DNA of 64,000 nt from Nocardioidaceae bacterium (GCA_035699605.1 DASSPN010000102.1:314-64313), one strand, 5' to 3'; shown: positions 1 to 8,648, numbered from the stretch's first letter. The notes: generated from the sequence alone by a model not told the origin. Made by a program: numbers and translations.

Positions 1-723
1 GGGGAGCTCGACGCGCGGGCAGAGCCGGAGGGCCCTGAGGAGACGGTCGAGCTGGCCCACGCCTTCAACCAGCTCGCCGAGCGGATCTCCGAGCTGCTCG
101 TCGCCGAGCGGGCCGCGGTCGGCGACCTCTCGCACCGGTTGCGCACCCCCGTCACCGCGCTGCGGCTCGACGTCGAGGCCGTCGCGGACCCCGCAGTCGC
201 CGCACGTCTCCAGGAGCACGTCGCGACCCTCCAGCGCACCGTCGACGCCATCATCCGGGACGCGCGCCGCCCGGTGCGGCACGCCGTCCGCGCCGGGTGC
301 GACGCGCGCGCTGTCGTCGCCGAGCGGATGGCGTTCTGGTCGGCGCTCGCGGACGACCAGGGACGTCGCGTCCACCTCACCCTGCCCGACGAGCCGGTCC
401 ACGTGGCAGTCGACGCGACCGACCTGACCGACGTCCTCGACGTCCTCGTCGACAACGTGTTCGCCCATACCCCCGAGTCCGCCGACATCGCGGTCACGGT
501 GCACCGTGGGGAGACGCAGGTCGAGGTCACCGTGCGCGACAACGGACCCGGCCTCGGGCACGATCGAGAGTCCACGGAGCCCCGCGCCGGATCCACCGGT
601 CTCGGGCTGCAGATCGCGCGACGGACGATGGCCGGCGTCGGCGGCTCCCTGTCCGTCCAGTCCGAGGCCGGCCGCGGCACGACGGTCGTCGTCGGCCTTC
701 CGACCGCGCACGCGGGGGCGTGA
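1..723 (+). CDS. Sensor histidine kinase, C-terminal part (5' end outside window)
   Basis: Frame 1 is open from base 1. H-box LSHRLRTPVTAL, then HATPase_c motifs DNGPGL and GLGLQIARR, ending ...VVGLPTAHAGA. Confidence 0.85.
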   Translation, partial: GELDARAEPEGPEETVELAHAFNQLAERISELLVAERAAVGDLSHRLRTPVTALRLDVEAVADPAVAARLQEHVATLQRTVDAIIRDARRPVRHAVRAGCDARAVVAERMAFWSALADDQGRRVHLTLPDEPVHVAVDATDLTDVLDVLVDNVFAHTPESADIAVTVHRGETQVEVTVRDNGPGLGHDRESTEPRAGSTGLGLQIARRTMAGVGGSLSVQSEAGRGTTVVVGLPTAHAGA

Positions 724-727
724 GCGC

Positions 728-1231
728 TCAGTCGTCGCCGGACTCCTCGTCGGGGTCCCCGTCATGGTCGTCGTCCTCGTCGTGGCCGGAGTCGACGTCG
801 TCCTCGTCATCGTCGTCGTCATCCACGTCGTCGTGGTCATCGCCGCGCGAGTCGTCATCGCGGTCGTCCCACCGGGTGCCCTCAGCGGACTCGTCGTCGT
901 CACGTTCGTCGAGCTCGTCGTCCGACCCGGCAGGACGACCCGCGACGACAGGAGCCCGGTCGATCGACGGCGGCAGGGCGGGCGGATCCACGACCGTCAC
1001 GGTGCGCACGACCTTCTGCACGCAGGAGCGACGTTCGGGGGTCGTGCCACGAGGACATGGGGCCAGCCGCGTCACCACCTCGACGCCGCCGGGGGACGAC
1101 GTGGAGGTGGTGACCGGGGGGTCGGCAGGGGTGGACGATGCGACGGACTGGTACGCCGCCGTGCCGACGGCAGCGGCCGCCACACACGCAGCGGCAGCGA
1201 TGACCGTGGTGAGGACTCTCATGCACGTCAT
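728..1231 (-). CDS. Membrane-anchored or secreted small protein with a poly-acidic (D/E/H) C-terminal tail
   Basis: Internal ATG at 1231 (or 1222) gives MTCMRVLTTVIAAAACVAAAAVGTAAY as a hydrophobic N-terminal segment. The last ~70 aa are almost pure Asp/Glu with some His. The longer 275-aa ORF N-terminus is Arg/Pro-rich and looks non-coding. Confidence 0.5.
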   Translation of the reverse strand: MTCMRVLTTVIAAAACVAAAAVGTAAYQSVASSTPADPPVTTSTSSPGGVEVVTRLAPCPRGTTPERRSCVQKVVRTVTVVDPPALPPSIDRAPVVAGRPAGSDDELDERDDDESAEGTRWDDRDDDSRGDDHDDVDDDDDDEDDVDSGHDEDDDHDGDPDEESGDD

Positions 1232-1350
1232 GGTGTGCCCCCGCTGCCTAGGGGGACCTCGTGCCAACGTCAAGGTTGGGTCAAGACCCGCGCGAACATG
1301 ACCTGCTCTTAACAGAGCGCTGAGGCCTCCTTGTCCCACGACGCCGCACG

Positions 1351-1797
1351 ATGACCGTGTCCTCTGGGAGGGAGACCTCGATGCACACTGCCGCACGACG
1401 CGAGCGCTACCGGCTTCTCGTGGCCGCGGCCACGGGGCTGGCCGGCTGCGCAGCCGCGGCGGCCACCGGCGCCGCGACAGGGCTGGCCGCCAACCGCACC
1501 CACGCCTCGTCGGGAGCGTCCGCGCAGGACGCACCGGCCGCTGAGCCACCCGCACCGCGGATCGTGCTCAAGAAGCGGCCGGTTCGGACCGAGATCGTCA
1601 CCCGGATCATCCACGTGACCGGCACCGCGAACGCTGCCACCGTCGGCGGCGGTCGCGTCACCTCGTCCTCGTCCTCGAGCTCGTCGACGTTGTCGGGAAG
1701 CAGCTCGTCCGGCGGCCGCGGCGGCGGCGGTCCTTCGTCAGGGCCTGCGCCTGCCCCACCGCCACCCCCGCCGCCCGCACCGAGCTCGGGGTCCTAG
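1351..1797 (+). CDS. Hypothetical membrane-anchored protein with a Ser/Gly/Pro low-complexity tail
   Basis: Basic N-terminus RRERYR, then hydrophobic LLVAAATGLAGCAAAAATGAATGLAA, an SSGAS motif, a short VRTEIVTRIIHV segment, then poly-Ser, poly-Gly and poly-Pro. The stop abuts the apbE ATG (TAGATG). Alternative start at ATG 1381. Confidence 0.45.
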   Translation: MTVSSGRETSMHTAARRERYRLLVAAATGLAGCAAAAATGAATGLAANRTHASSGASAQDAPAAEPPAPRIVLKKRPVRTEIVTRIIHVTGTANAATVGGGRVTSSSSSSSSTLSGSSSSGGRGGGGPSSGPAPAPPPPPPPAPSSGS

Positions 1798-2712
1798 ATG
1801 GCCGCGCACGCCACCCGCTCGTGGAGCGTCTGGAGCACGCAGGCCTACCTCGGGGTCGACTCGCCTTCTCGGCTCACCCACGCGACGGCCATCGCCGAGG
1901 AGCTCGTCGCTGCGGTGGACCGCACCTGTGCCCGGTTTCGCCCGGACTCCGACCTCTCGCGGGTCAACGCAAGCCCGGGTCGCTGGGTGCGCGTGGACCC
2001 CTTGCTGGTCGCCGCCGTGCGCGTCGCGCTCGGGGCGGCCGCCGCCTGCGACGGGCTGGTGGATCCTTGCCTCGGTCGGTCGATGGTGACCTGGGGGTAC
2101 GACGCGGACCTGGCGGTGCTGCGGAGGAGGTCCCCTGTCGCGGTCACGCCGAGCGCTCCCTCGCCCGGCCGTTGGCGGGACCTCGGTTGGGAAGCCGACG
2201 CACTCTGCCTTCCTGCGGGGTGCGCCCTGGACCTCGGCGCCACGGCGAAGGCGTGGACCGCCGACCTCGTGGCCGAGACCGTTGCCGCGGAGCTCGGCTG
2301 CGGCGTCGTGTTCAGCCTGGGCGGAGACGTCCGCGTTCAGTCCGACAACGGGTGGCCGGTCTCAGTCAGCGAGCTCCCGGGCGACAGGTCGGCCGAGGTG
2401 GTCTGGCTGCACGAAGGCGGTCTTGCTACGTCCACGGTTCTGGCTCGCCGCTGGCTGACCACCACCGGATGGGCGCACCACCTGCTCGACCCACGGACCG
2501 GCGGCCCCGTCGAGGGGCCGGTGCGCACCGCGACCGCGGCCGGGAACACGTGTGTCGCCGCGAACGCTGCCAGCACGGCAGCGCTCGTGCTGGGAGCCGA
2601 CGCCGAGCACTGGCTCGACTCCCACGGCGTGACCGCCCGGCTCGTCCTGGACGACGGCTCGGTCCGGACGGTCGGAGACTGGCCCGGCGAGTGGCGGGCG
2701 GCCTCCGCATGA
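1798..2712 (+). CDS. apbE: FAD:protein FMN transferase (ApbE family)
   Basis: 304 aa with ApbE-like blocks FRPDSDLSRVN, LDLGATAKAW, SLGGDVRV and HHLLDPRTGGP. No obvious signal peptide or TM segment at the N-terminus. Confidence 0.85.
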   Translation: MAAHATRSWSVWSTQAYLGVDSPSRLTHATAIAEELVAAVDRTCARFRPDSDLSRVNASPGRWVRVDPLLVAAVRVALGAAAACDGLVDPCLGRSMVTWGYDADLAVLRRRSPVAVTPSAPSPGRWRDLGWEADALCLPAGCALDLGATAKAWTADLVAETVAAELGCGVVFSLGGDVRVQSDNGWPVSVSELPGDRSAEVVWLHEGGLATSTVLARRWLTTTGWAHHLLDPRTGGPVEGPVRTATAAGNTCVAANAASTAALVLGADAEHWLDSHGVTARLVLDDGSVRTVGDWPGEWRAASA

Positions 2713-3260
2713 ACGAGCAGGTCCTCTGGTTCCTGAACCGCGGCACGGGCGTGGTCCTGGTGGCGGTCCTGACCGCGAGCATGGTGCTCGGCATCACCGC
2801 GAGCCGTGGCCGGGCGGGCGGGCGTCTTCCCGCGTTCGTGACCCAGACGCTGCACCGCAACCTGAGCCTGCTCGGCCTGGCCCTGCTGCTCGTGCACATC
2901 GCCACCGCCGTCCTGGACGAGTACGTCGACATCCGGTGGTGGAACGCGGTCGTGCCGTGGGGATCGTCGTACGAGCCTGTCTGGGTGGCGCTCGGCGCAC
3001 TCTCCACCGACCTCATGCTCGCCCTGGTCCTGCTCACAGCCCTGCGCAGCCACGTGGGACAGCGGACCTGGCGCGGCGTACACCTGACGGCATATGCCGC
3101 CTGGTTGGTCGGTCTCGCCCACGGGATCGGGATCGGCACGGACACCGGGGAGCGCTGGGTCTGGACGACCTACCTGGCGTGCGCGGGCCTGCTCGCGACG
3201 CTCCTGGTGGCTCGGAGCCTGACGAACCGAGGCCCCGCCTACCACGAGGCGCTCCGATGA
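2709..3260 (+). CDS. Ferric-reductase-like (MsrQ/FRD-type) di-heme transmembrane protein
   Basis: ATG at 2709 overlaps the apbE stop. About 6 hydrophobic helices. Two His pairs, LHRN..x..VHIA and VHLT..x..AHGI, are spaced 13 and 12 residues apart, as in bis-heme FRD/NOX membrane domains. Confidence 0.8.
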   Translation: MNEQVLWFLNRGTGVVLVAVLTASMVLGITASRGRAGGRLPAFVTQTLHRNLSLLGLALLLVHIATAVLDEYVDIRWWNAVVPWGSSYEPVWVALGALSTDLMLALVLLTALRSHVGQRTWRGVHLTAYAAWLVGLAHGIGIGTDTGERWVWTTYLACAGLLATLLVARSLTNRGPAYHEALR

Positions 3261-4492
3261 CGACGACCCTCGCGACCACCCCCGGGCTGCGCGTCGAGAC
3301 CGGGCCGGCCCTGCTGCAGCATGTCGAGCTCGGACCCTCCCTGGCGGCGCACCGCACGCTGCACCCCGCGCGTCCCGCGCCACGGTTCTCGGACCTGGCT
3401 GCTGCGGTGCGGTCGGTGGGCCTCAGCGGGCGAGGCGGCGCCGCCTTCCCCTTCGCACGCAAGCTCGTCGCGGTCTCGACGGCCGGGGGCCGTCGTCCCG
3501 TCGTCGTCGTCAACCTCAGTGAGGGCGAGCCGGCCAGCAGCAAGGACGCCGCGCTGGCGCTCACCAAGCCGCACCTGGTCCTCGACGGCGCCGTCATGGT
3601 CGCGGGCGCCCTGCGCACGCGAGAGCTCCACCTCGTCCTGCCTGGCGAGGGGCCGGACGTGCGAAGGGCCGTCGTCGCCGCGCTGGCAGAGCGCGGGCGC
3701 GACGACCGCGTACGTGTCCGGCTCCACGACGCCGACCCCGTCTTCGTCGCCGGCCAGGCCCGGGCGGTCGTCGAGCTCATGTCGGGCCGGCCCAACCGCC
3801 CGGTGACCTCCTGGCAGTCCACCTCTGTGAGCGGCTATCGGGGTCGCCCGACGCTGCTGTCGAACGCCGAGACCTATGCCCAGCTGGCGCTGCTGATGCA
3901 CGAGGGGCCTGCGGCGTACCGACGGCACGGAACTCCCGACGAGCCGGGCACGACCCTGCTCACCGTGCACGACACCCGCGGGAGCCGCGTAGCGGAGGTC
4001 GAGCTCGGTGCGAGCTGGAGCGAGGTCCTCCCCGACCTGGAGCCCCAGCGTGCTGTCCTCGTGGGCGGCTACCACGGCACCTGGACGCCGGCCGCGGAGC
4101 TGCTCCGCCTCCCGGTGTCGCGCACGGCGATGGACGCCCGGGGTCTCAGCCTCGGCGCCGGGGTGGTCCTGGTGTCGGACACCTGCCCTCTCGCCCACGC
4201 CGCGACGATCGCCGAGTATCTGGCAGCGGAGAGTGCGCGGCGCTGCGGCCCCTGCCTGAACGGGCTGCCCGCGCTGGCTGTTGCCCTGCGGCGCGTAGCC
4301 GATGGTGTGGGTGGCACGGGAGAGGTGGAACGCCTGAGCGCACTGGTCACCGGACGCGGCGCGTGCGCCCATCCCGACGGGACGGCGCGCATGGTCCGCT
4401 CCGCCCTGACCTCGTTCGGCGACGAGGTGGCGGTGCACGCTCGCGGCGGCTGCCGGTACCGCCGCGCCGATCTCGGAGGAGACCTGTCATGA
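3257..4492 (+). CDS. NuoF-like (complex I 51 kDa family) NAD(P)H/FMN/Fe-S domain protein
   Basis: ATGA overlap with the upstream gene. GLSGRGGAAFPFARK and VVVNLSEGEPASSKD match the NuoF glycine-rich FMN/NADH loops. C-terminal Cys cluster ESARRCGPCLNG...GACAHPDG. Confidence 0.8.
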   Translation: MTTTLATTPGLRVETGPALLQHVELGPSLAAHRTLHPARPAPRFSDLAAAVRSVGLSGRGGAAFPFARKLVAVSTAGGRRPVVVVNLSEGEPASSKDAALALTKPHLVLDGAVMVAGALRTRELHLVLPGEGPDVRRAVVAALAERGRDDRVRVRLHDADPVFVAGQARAVVELMSGRPNRPVTSWQSTSVSGYRGRPTLLSNAETYAQLALLMHEGPAAYRRHGTPDEPGTTLLTVHDTRGSRVAEVELGASWSEVLPDLEPQRAVLVGGYHGTWTPAAELLRLPVSRTAMDARGLSLGAGVVLVSDTCPLAHAATIAEYLAAESARRCGPCLNGLPALAVALRRVADGVGGTGEVERLSALVTGRGACAHPDGTARMVRSALTSFGDEVAVHARGGCRYRRADLGGDLS

Positions 4493-4692
4493 CCCGTGTC
4501 CTCGTCGTCGACTGGCCCTCCTGCAAGGGCCGGGGACTGTGCCACGAGCTCCTTCCCGAGGCCATAGACCTCGACGACTGGGGTTACCCGGTGGTGACCA
4601 GCACGGTCTCCGACCAGCTGCTTGTGAACGCCCGGAAGGCGATGCGCGCCTGCCCCACGCTGGCGCTCCACCTCGTCTCCGAGCGAACCTGA
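4489..4692 (+). CDS. Small single-cluster ferredoxin
   Basis: 67 aa with ATGA overlap to the upstream gene. The pattern SCKGRGLCHELLPEAIDLDDWGYPV...ACPTLAL is typical of actinobacterial 3Fe-4S/4Fe-4S ferredoxins. Confidence 0.75.
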   Translation: MTRVLVVDWPSCKGRGLCHELLPEAIDLDDWGYPVVTSTVSDQLLVNARKAMRACPTLALHLVSERT

Positions 4693-4744
4693 CGCCGAGG
4701 TCTTCCAAACCACTGGCGCCCCGGAGACTCGGACCCCGACAATC

Positions 4745-5398
4745 GTGAGCATGCCCAGCAGCAGCTCGATGGCCACCTTCCTGGTCGCCTCGTTCCTCTT
4801 CATCCAGCTCCCGGGGCCGAGCCTGCTGTTCACCATCGGCCGTGCCTTGACCGTCGGACGGCGCGACGCGCTGCTCTCGGTGCTGGGCAACTCCCTCGGG
4901 CTGCTGGCGCAGGTCATCGGTGTGGCCCTCGGCCTCGGTGCCCTGGTCGCCGCGTCTGCCACGGCATACACGGTGCTGAAGCTGTTCGGCGCGGGCTATG
5001 TCATCTACCTCGGTGTGCAGGCGATCCGGCACCGCGGCGACGCGCGGGTCGCGCTCGAGGCGGGAGAGCACGCGGCACGGCCGGGCTCGGCCCTCGCGTC
5101 CGTGCGGACGGGTTTCCTCGTCGGGTCGACGAACCCGAAGACGATCGTGTTCTTCGCCGCCTTCCTGCCGCAGTTCATCGAGCCGTCGGCGGCTGCCGCA
5201 CCGCAGCTGCTGCTCCTGGGCCTCATCTTCGCCGTGATGGCGGTGGCCTCCGACGCCTGCTGGGCCCTCGCGGCGAGCCGTGCCCGCGACTGGTTCGCCC
5301 GCCGACCGGCGCGTCTGGACAAGCTGGGGGCAACCGGTGGTGTGATGATGGTCGGCCTCGGGGTCGGACTGGCTACGACGGGCAACACGTCGCACTGA
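4745..5398 (+). CDS. LysE/RhtB family amino-acid exporter
   Basis: 217 aa, multi-TM, with N-terminal LFIQLPGPSLLFTIGRAL typical of LysE/RhtB translocators. Confidence 0.8.
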   Translation: MSMPSSSSMATFLVASFLFIQLPGPSLLFTIGRALTVGRRDALLSVLGNSLGLLAQVIGVALGLGALVAASATAYTVLKLFGAGYVIYLGVQAIRHRGDARVALEAGEHAARPGSALASVRTGFLVGSTNPKTIVFFAAFLPQFIEPSAAAAPQLLLLGLIFAVMAVASDACWALAASRARDWFARRPARLDKLGATGGVMMVGLGVGLATTGNTSH

Positions 5399-5416
5399 CT
5401 CAATCGAGGAGTCCCC

Positions 5417-7426
5417 ATGAGGCGGGCACTGGTACTCACCACGGCGGGAGCGGTCCTGGTCGGCCTCTCCGCACTTCCGGCGGTCGCTGACGGCTGGGTG
5501 CCGCTGCCGGCGGCCGTCATCGCCGACGGCAACAAGAGCCGGACCGCGCTCGACGTCGCGGCATCGAGCAACGGCGACGCGGTGGCGGTCTGGGCAGAAG
5601 CCACCGACACAGGCTCGGCGGTGATGGCCAGCGTTCGACACGACGGGCTCTGGTCCGAGCCGGAGGTGATCGAGGACGGCGGCGGGTCGAGCACCTACCC
5701 GCGGGTGGTCGTCGACGCGGACGGCTTCGCGACCGTGGTGTGGTCGCGCTACGTCACCAGCCCGAGCAGCGACAAGTCCATCTCGTTCGCCACCCGGCCG
5801 GCCGGCGGCAGCTGGTCCAGCGCGGCAGAGATCGTCCCTGCCCAGCAGGGCGAGGTCCTCCGGTTGGCCATGACTCCGGACGGCTCCGTCAGCGCGGCCT
5901 GGCAGTACCCCACGGGCGGAGCCATCGTGGCCGACAAGGCTCCAGGAGGTACGTCGTGGACGACCACCGTGCTCGGTGGCGCAGGCGGACCGGTCCTGGC
6001 CGCAGCTGCGGACAATCGCATGGCCGTCTCGTGGAACGAGGGCAGCAACGTCGAGCAGCTGGCTGTCAAGGTGCGAGCCGCGGGCGGCACCTGGGCCGAC
6101 GCCACGAAGGAAGCGGGCTCGATCGCGGACCCCGACACGACGTGGCCGGACATCCCGGCCGAGCCGGTCCTCGGGTTCGGGGACGACGGTGCGCTGCACG
6201 TGGCCTACCACGAGTACGAGGACCCGACCCAGCAAGGGTTCGACACGCGCGAGCGCATCCGGTACAGCACCCGAAGCGCCGAGGGCACCTGGAGCTACCA
6301 CCCGGACCCGATCTCGGCCTCGGACTTCACCACCCGGCTGGCCGGAATCGCCGGCGACAGCGAGGGCAACGTGACCGTGCTCTGGAACTCGCTGGCCTAT
6401 CCCTCGTTCGACGGCCGCATCTGGGCCGCCACCCGGGTCTCAGGCACGTGGGAGGAGCCATTCGCGCTGACCGGGCCGAACGGGGTCCAGGGCCTCAGCT
6501 TCCCCGAGATGGTGAGCCACGACGGCCTGGCCACGGTGCTCTGGACACAGGACAGCGCGGCGAAGGCGAACCGGCGCACGGCAGCGGGTGACTGGCTGGC
6601 GGAGCCGGAGAGCATCGCGTCCTCGACGATCATGACCGTGCAGGCGGCACTCGAGGCCAGCGGAGAGCCGCTGGCGGTGTGGGTCAGGTTCTTCTACGAC
6701 TTCAACGAGTCCGAGTTCCACTACGTGCTCGAGACCCGCACCTACGACTCCAGCGCGCCCCCGACCGACGTCACGGGGCCGGTCACGACGATGACGCAGC
6801 CGGTCAAGCCGTTCTACCTGGCCACCTACCTCCCACTCGCCTGGACGGCCCAGGACGAGAGCGAGGTGGCCACGTCGCGCTACCGCTTCCGGGCCGCGCC
6901 CTGGAACGGTGGCTACCCGACGCAGTACGAGAACCTGTCGACCTTCGCTCCGGGCTCGAGCGCGCTCTACCTGGCGACACCGGGCAAGACCTTCTGCTTC
7001 CAGGCCCAGAGCCGCGACGTCCTCGACAACGAGGGCGCCTGGTCCGGGGACCTGTGCACTGCGACACCTGTAGACGACCGCACAGCGACGCGGAAGGGCC
7101 GCTGGGGCGCTGTGAAAGCGGACCAGTACTACCGGGGCACGGCCATGCGCAGCAAGGACCGTGGCGCGACCATGACCCTGGAGGCGGCGCAGGGCAAGCG
7201 AGTCGGTCTGGTGGTGACCAAGTGCAAGGGCTGCGGCAAGATCTCCGTGCGCTTCGCGGGTCAGCTCCTGGGCACCTGGTCCCTCCACGCCAAGAAGACC
7301 CGCAACCAGGTGTACCTGCCGGTCAAGCTCTTCGACTCCGTGAGAACGGGGCGTCTGGTCGTGAAGGTGGTTTCCCCCGAGGGCACCCCGGTGATCGTGG
7401 ACGGTCTGCTGGTCGGGCGTCGGTGA
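5417..7426 (+). CDS. Large secreted protein of unknown function (repeated beta-strand, propeller-like region plus C-terminal domains)
   Basis: GAGGAG RBS. Signal peptide MRRALVLTTAGAVLVGLSALPAVADG. Recurrent strand motifs AVAVWAE, TVVWSRY, SAAWQYP, AVSWNEG, TVLWNS, TVLWTQD and LAVWVRF. Confidence 0.7.
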   Translation: MRRALVLTTAGAVLVGLSALPAVADGWVPLPAAVIADGNKSRTALDVAASSNGDAVAVWAEATDTGSAVMASVRHDGLWSEPEVIEDGGGSSTYPRVVVDADGFATVVWSRYVTSPSSDKSISFATRPAGGSWSSAAEIVPAQQGEVLRLAMTPDGSVSAAWQYPTGGAIVADKAPGGTSWTTTVLGGAGGPVLAAAADNRMAVSWNEGSNVEQLAVKVRAAGGTWADATKEAGSIADPDTTWPDIPAEPVLGFGDDGALHVAYHEYEDPTQQGFDTRERIRYSTRSAEGTWSYHPDPISASDFTTRLAGIAGDSEGNVTVLWNSLAYPSFDGRIWAATRVSGTWEEPFALTGPNGVQGLSFPEMVSHDGLATVLWTQDSAAKANRRTAAGDWLAEPESIASSTIMTVQAALEASGEPLAVWVRFFYDFNESEFHYVLETRTYDSSAPPTDVTGPVTTMTQPVKPFYLATYLPLAWTAQDESEVATSRYRFRAAPWNGGYPTQYENLSTFAPGSSALYLATPGKTFCFQAQSRDVLDNEGAWSGDLCTATPVDDRTATRKGRWGAVKADQYYRGTAMRSKDRGATMTLEAAQGKRVGLVVTKCKGCGKISVRFAGQLLGTWSLHAKKTRNQVYLPVKLFDSVRTGRLVVKVVSPEGTPVIVDGLLVGRR

Positions 7427-7430
7427 GCGT

Positions 7431-7455
7431 GCGGGCACAAGCCCGATAGGTTTTC
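7431..7455 (+). terminator. Weak candidate intrinsic terminator
   Basis: CGGGC-acaa-GCCCG 5-bp stem followed by ATAGGTTTTCC, directly after the stop at 7426. Confidence 0.3.
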
Positions 7456-7459
7456 CTCC

Positions 7460-8074
7460 ATGTTCCGCCCCGCTCTCGCTCTCCTCCTCACGGCTGCCGT
7501 GCTCACCGGGTGCGGCGACGACGAGCCCGTCCGCGCCGAAAGCACCATCGCCGGCAGCACGGTGATCAAGAAGATCGAGGCGGCCATGCAGAAGGCTGGC
7601 TCGGGCAAGGCACGCACCCACGACGGGGACACGGAGTACGCCTGGAACTTCGCGGGGGTGGACCGCCTCCTGGTGGTCTTCCACGGCAAGCGGCTGGAGT
7701 CACGCCAGATCGGCGACACGGTCTACCAGCGCCGTCGGGGGAACCCGCTGTGGGTGAGCTTCAAGGTGCGCGAGGCGATCGAGCCGATTCCCGAGCTGAG
7801 CTTCTTCAAGGGTCGCGAGGCCACCGAGGTCACGGTCGACGGGGTTCCGGTCCAGTACGTCGTCCAGGTCCCCTCCAGGCTCGTGATCGGCAAGAACGAG
7901 GACCCGGGCGGCGGCGATGAGCTGGCCGTGACCATCTTCGTCGACGACTTCGGACTGCCGACTCGGACGCAGGTGGAGGGCAACGGTCTCGCCGGCGAGC
8001 GGTTCAGCGACTGGGGCGCCAAGATCCTGATCGAGAAGCCGGACAACGTCTACAAGGGGCCCAAGAAGGGCTGA
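7460..8074 (+). CDS. Lipoprotein of unknown function
   Basis: Signal peptide with lipobox: MFRPALALLLTAAVLTGC. Confidence 0.7.
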   Translation: MFRPALALLLTAAVLTGCGDDEPVRAESTIAGSTVIKKIEAAMQKAGSGKARTHDGDTEYAWNFAGVDRLLVVFHGKRLESRQIGDTVYQRRRGNPLWVSFKVREAIEPIPELSFFKGREATEVTVDGVPVQYVVQVPSRLVIGKNEDPGGGDELAVTIFVDDFGLPTRTQVEGNGLAGERFSDWGAKILIEKPDNVYKGPKKG

Positions 8075-8131
8075 CGCGTTTGAGCCGCTCTCCCCCGGGT
8101 ACCTCCCACGGTGCCCGACCAAGGAGGCGAC

Positions 8132-8314
8132 ATGGTTCAGACCCTGGTGGCCCTACTCATGCTCGGTGCCGTCGTCGGCATCGTCTTCATGTTCGTGTGG
8201 CGCGTCGACGCCAAGCGTGCTGAGGACGTCGGAACCGACGAAGAGCGGCTGCACACCGACGAGCACCTTCCCAGCGACGAGCACCTTCCCAGCGACGAGC
8301 GCCGGCAGAGGTAG
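8132..8314 (+). CDS. Small single-TM protein with a tandem DEHLPS repeat
   Basis: AAGGAGG RBS 5 nt before ATG 8132. TM segment LVALLMLGAVVGIVFMFVW, then a charged tail containing a duplicated hexapeptide. Confidence 0.5.
   Translation: MVQTLVALLMLGAVVGIVFMFVWRVDAKRAEDVGTDEERLHTDEHLPSDEHLPSDERRQR
8257..8300 (+). repeat. 18-bp direct tandem repeat, about 2.4 copies (cgacgagcaccttcccag)
   Basis: Identical units at 8257-8274 and 8275-8292, with a partial third unit. In frame, giving DEHLPS DEHLPS DE. Confidence 0.9.
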
Positions 8315-8318
8315 TCCG

Positions 8319-8648
8319 ATGCCACAGCGCGCCTGGAGCAAGAAACGTGAGCGGCAGTACGCCCACATCAAGGAAGGCCTCGAGGATCGTGGCTACGGCG
8401 AGGACGAGGCCGAGGAGATCGCCGCGCGCACGGTGAACAAGGAGCGCGCGCGGCACGGCGAGTCGCGTGAGGCCAGCCGGACGTCCACTCACGACATCTC
8501 CTCCGGCCGACGCGGTGGGCTCCGGAGTCACCAAGGGCCTGGCGGCCGGACGAAGGCGCAGCTCTACCAGGAGGCCAAGGACCGCAACATCAAGGGCCGG
8601 TCGACGATGAGCAAGGCCGAGCTGCTGAATGCGTTGGGCGGCCGATAG
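8319..8648 (+). CDS. Rho_N/SAP-like domain small basic protein
   Basis: 109 aa. The C-terminal RSTMSKAELLNALG resembles the Rho termination factor N-terminal (SAP-like) motif. Confidence 0.6.
   Translation: MPQRAWSKKRERQYAHIKEGLEDRGYGEDEAEEIAARTVNKERARHGESREASRTSTHDISSGRRGGLRSHQGPGGRTKAQLYQEAKDRNIKGRSTMSKAELLNALGGR

Noticed and set aside
297-1312. Plus-strand ORFs 297-1301 and 506-1312 overlapping the kinase 3' end and the acidic-tail gene
   Set aside because: They are out of frame with the kinase, which has clear HATPase motifs. Their translations are Arg/Ser/Pro runs produced by reading the acidic-tail gene's GAC/GAG repeats in other frames or strands.
4487-6301. 604-aa minus-strand ORF spanning the LysE gene and the secreted-protein gene
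   Set aside because: It is antisense to two genes with clear family or signal-peptide features. The translation is Arg/Gly/Pro/Ala-rich with no motifs. This is a typical shadow ORF in GC-rich DNA.
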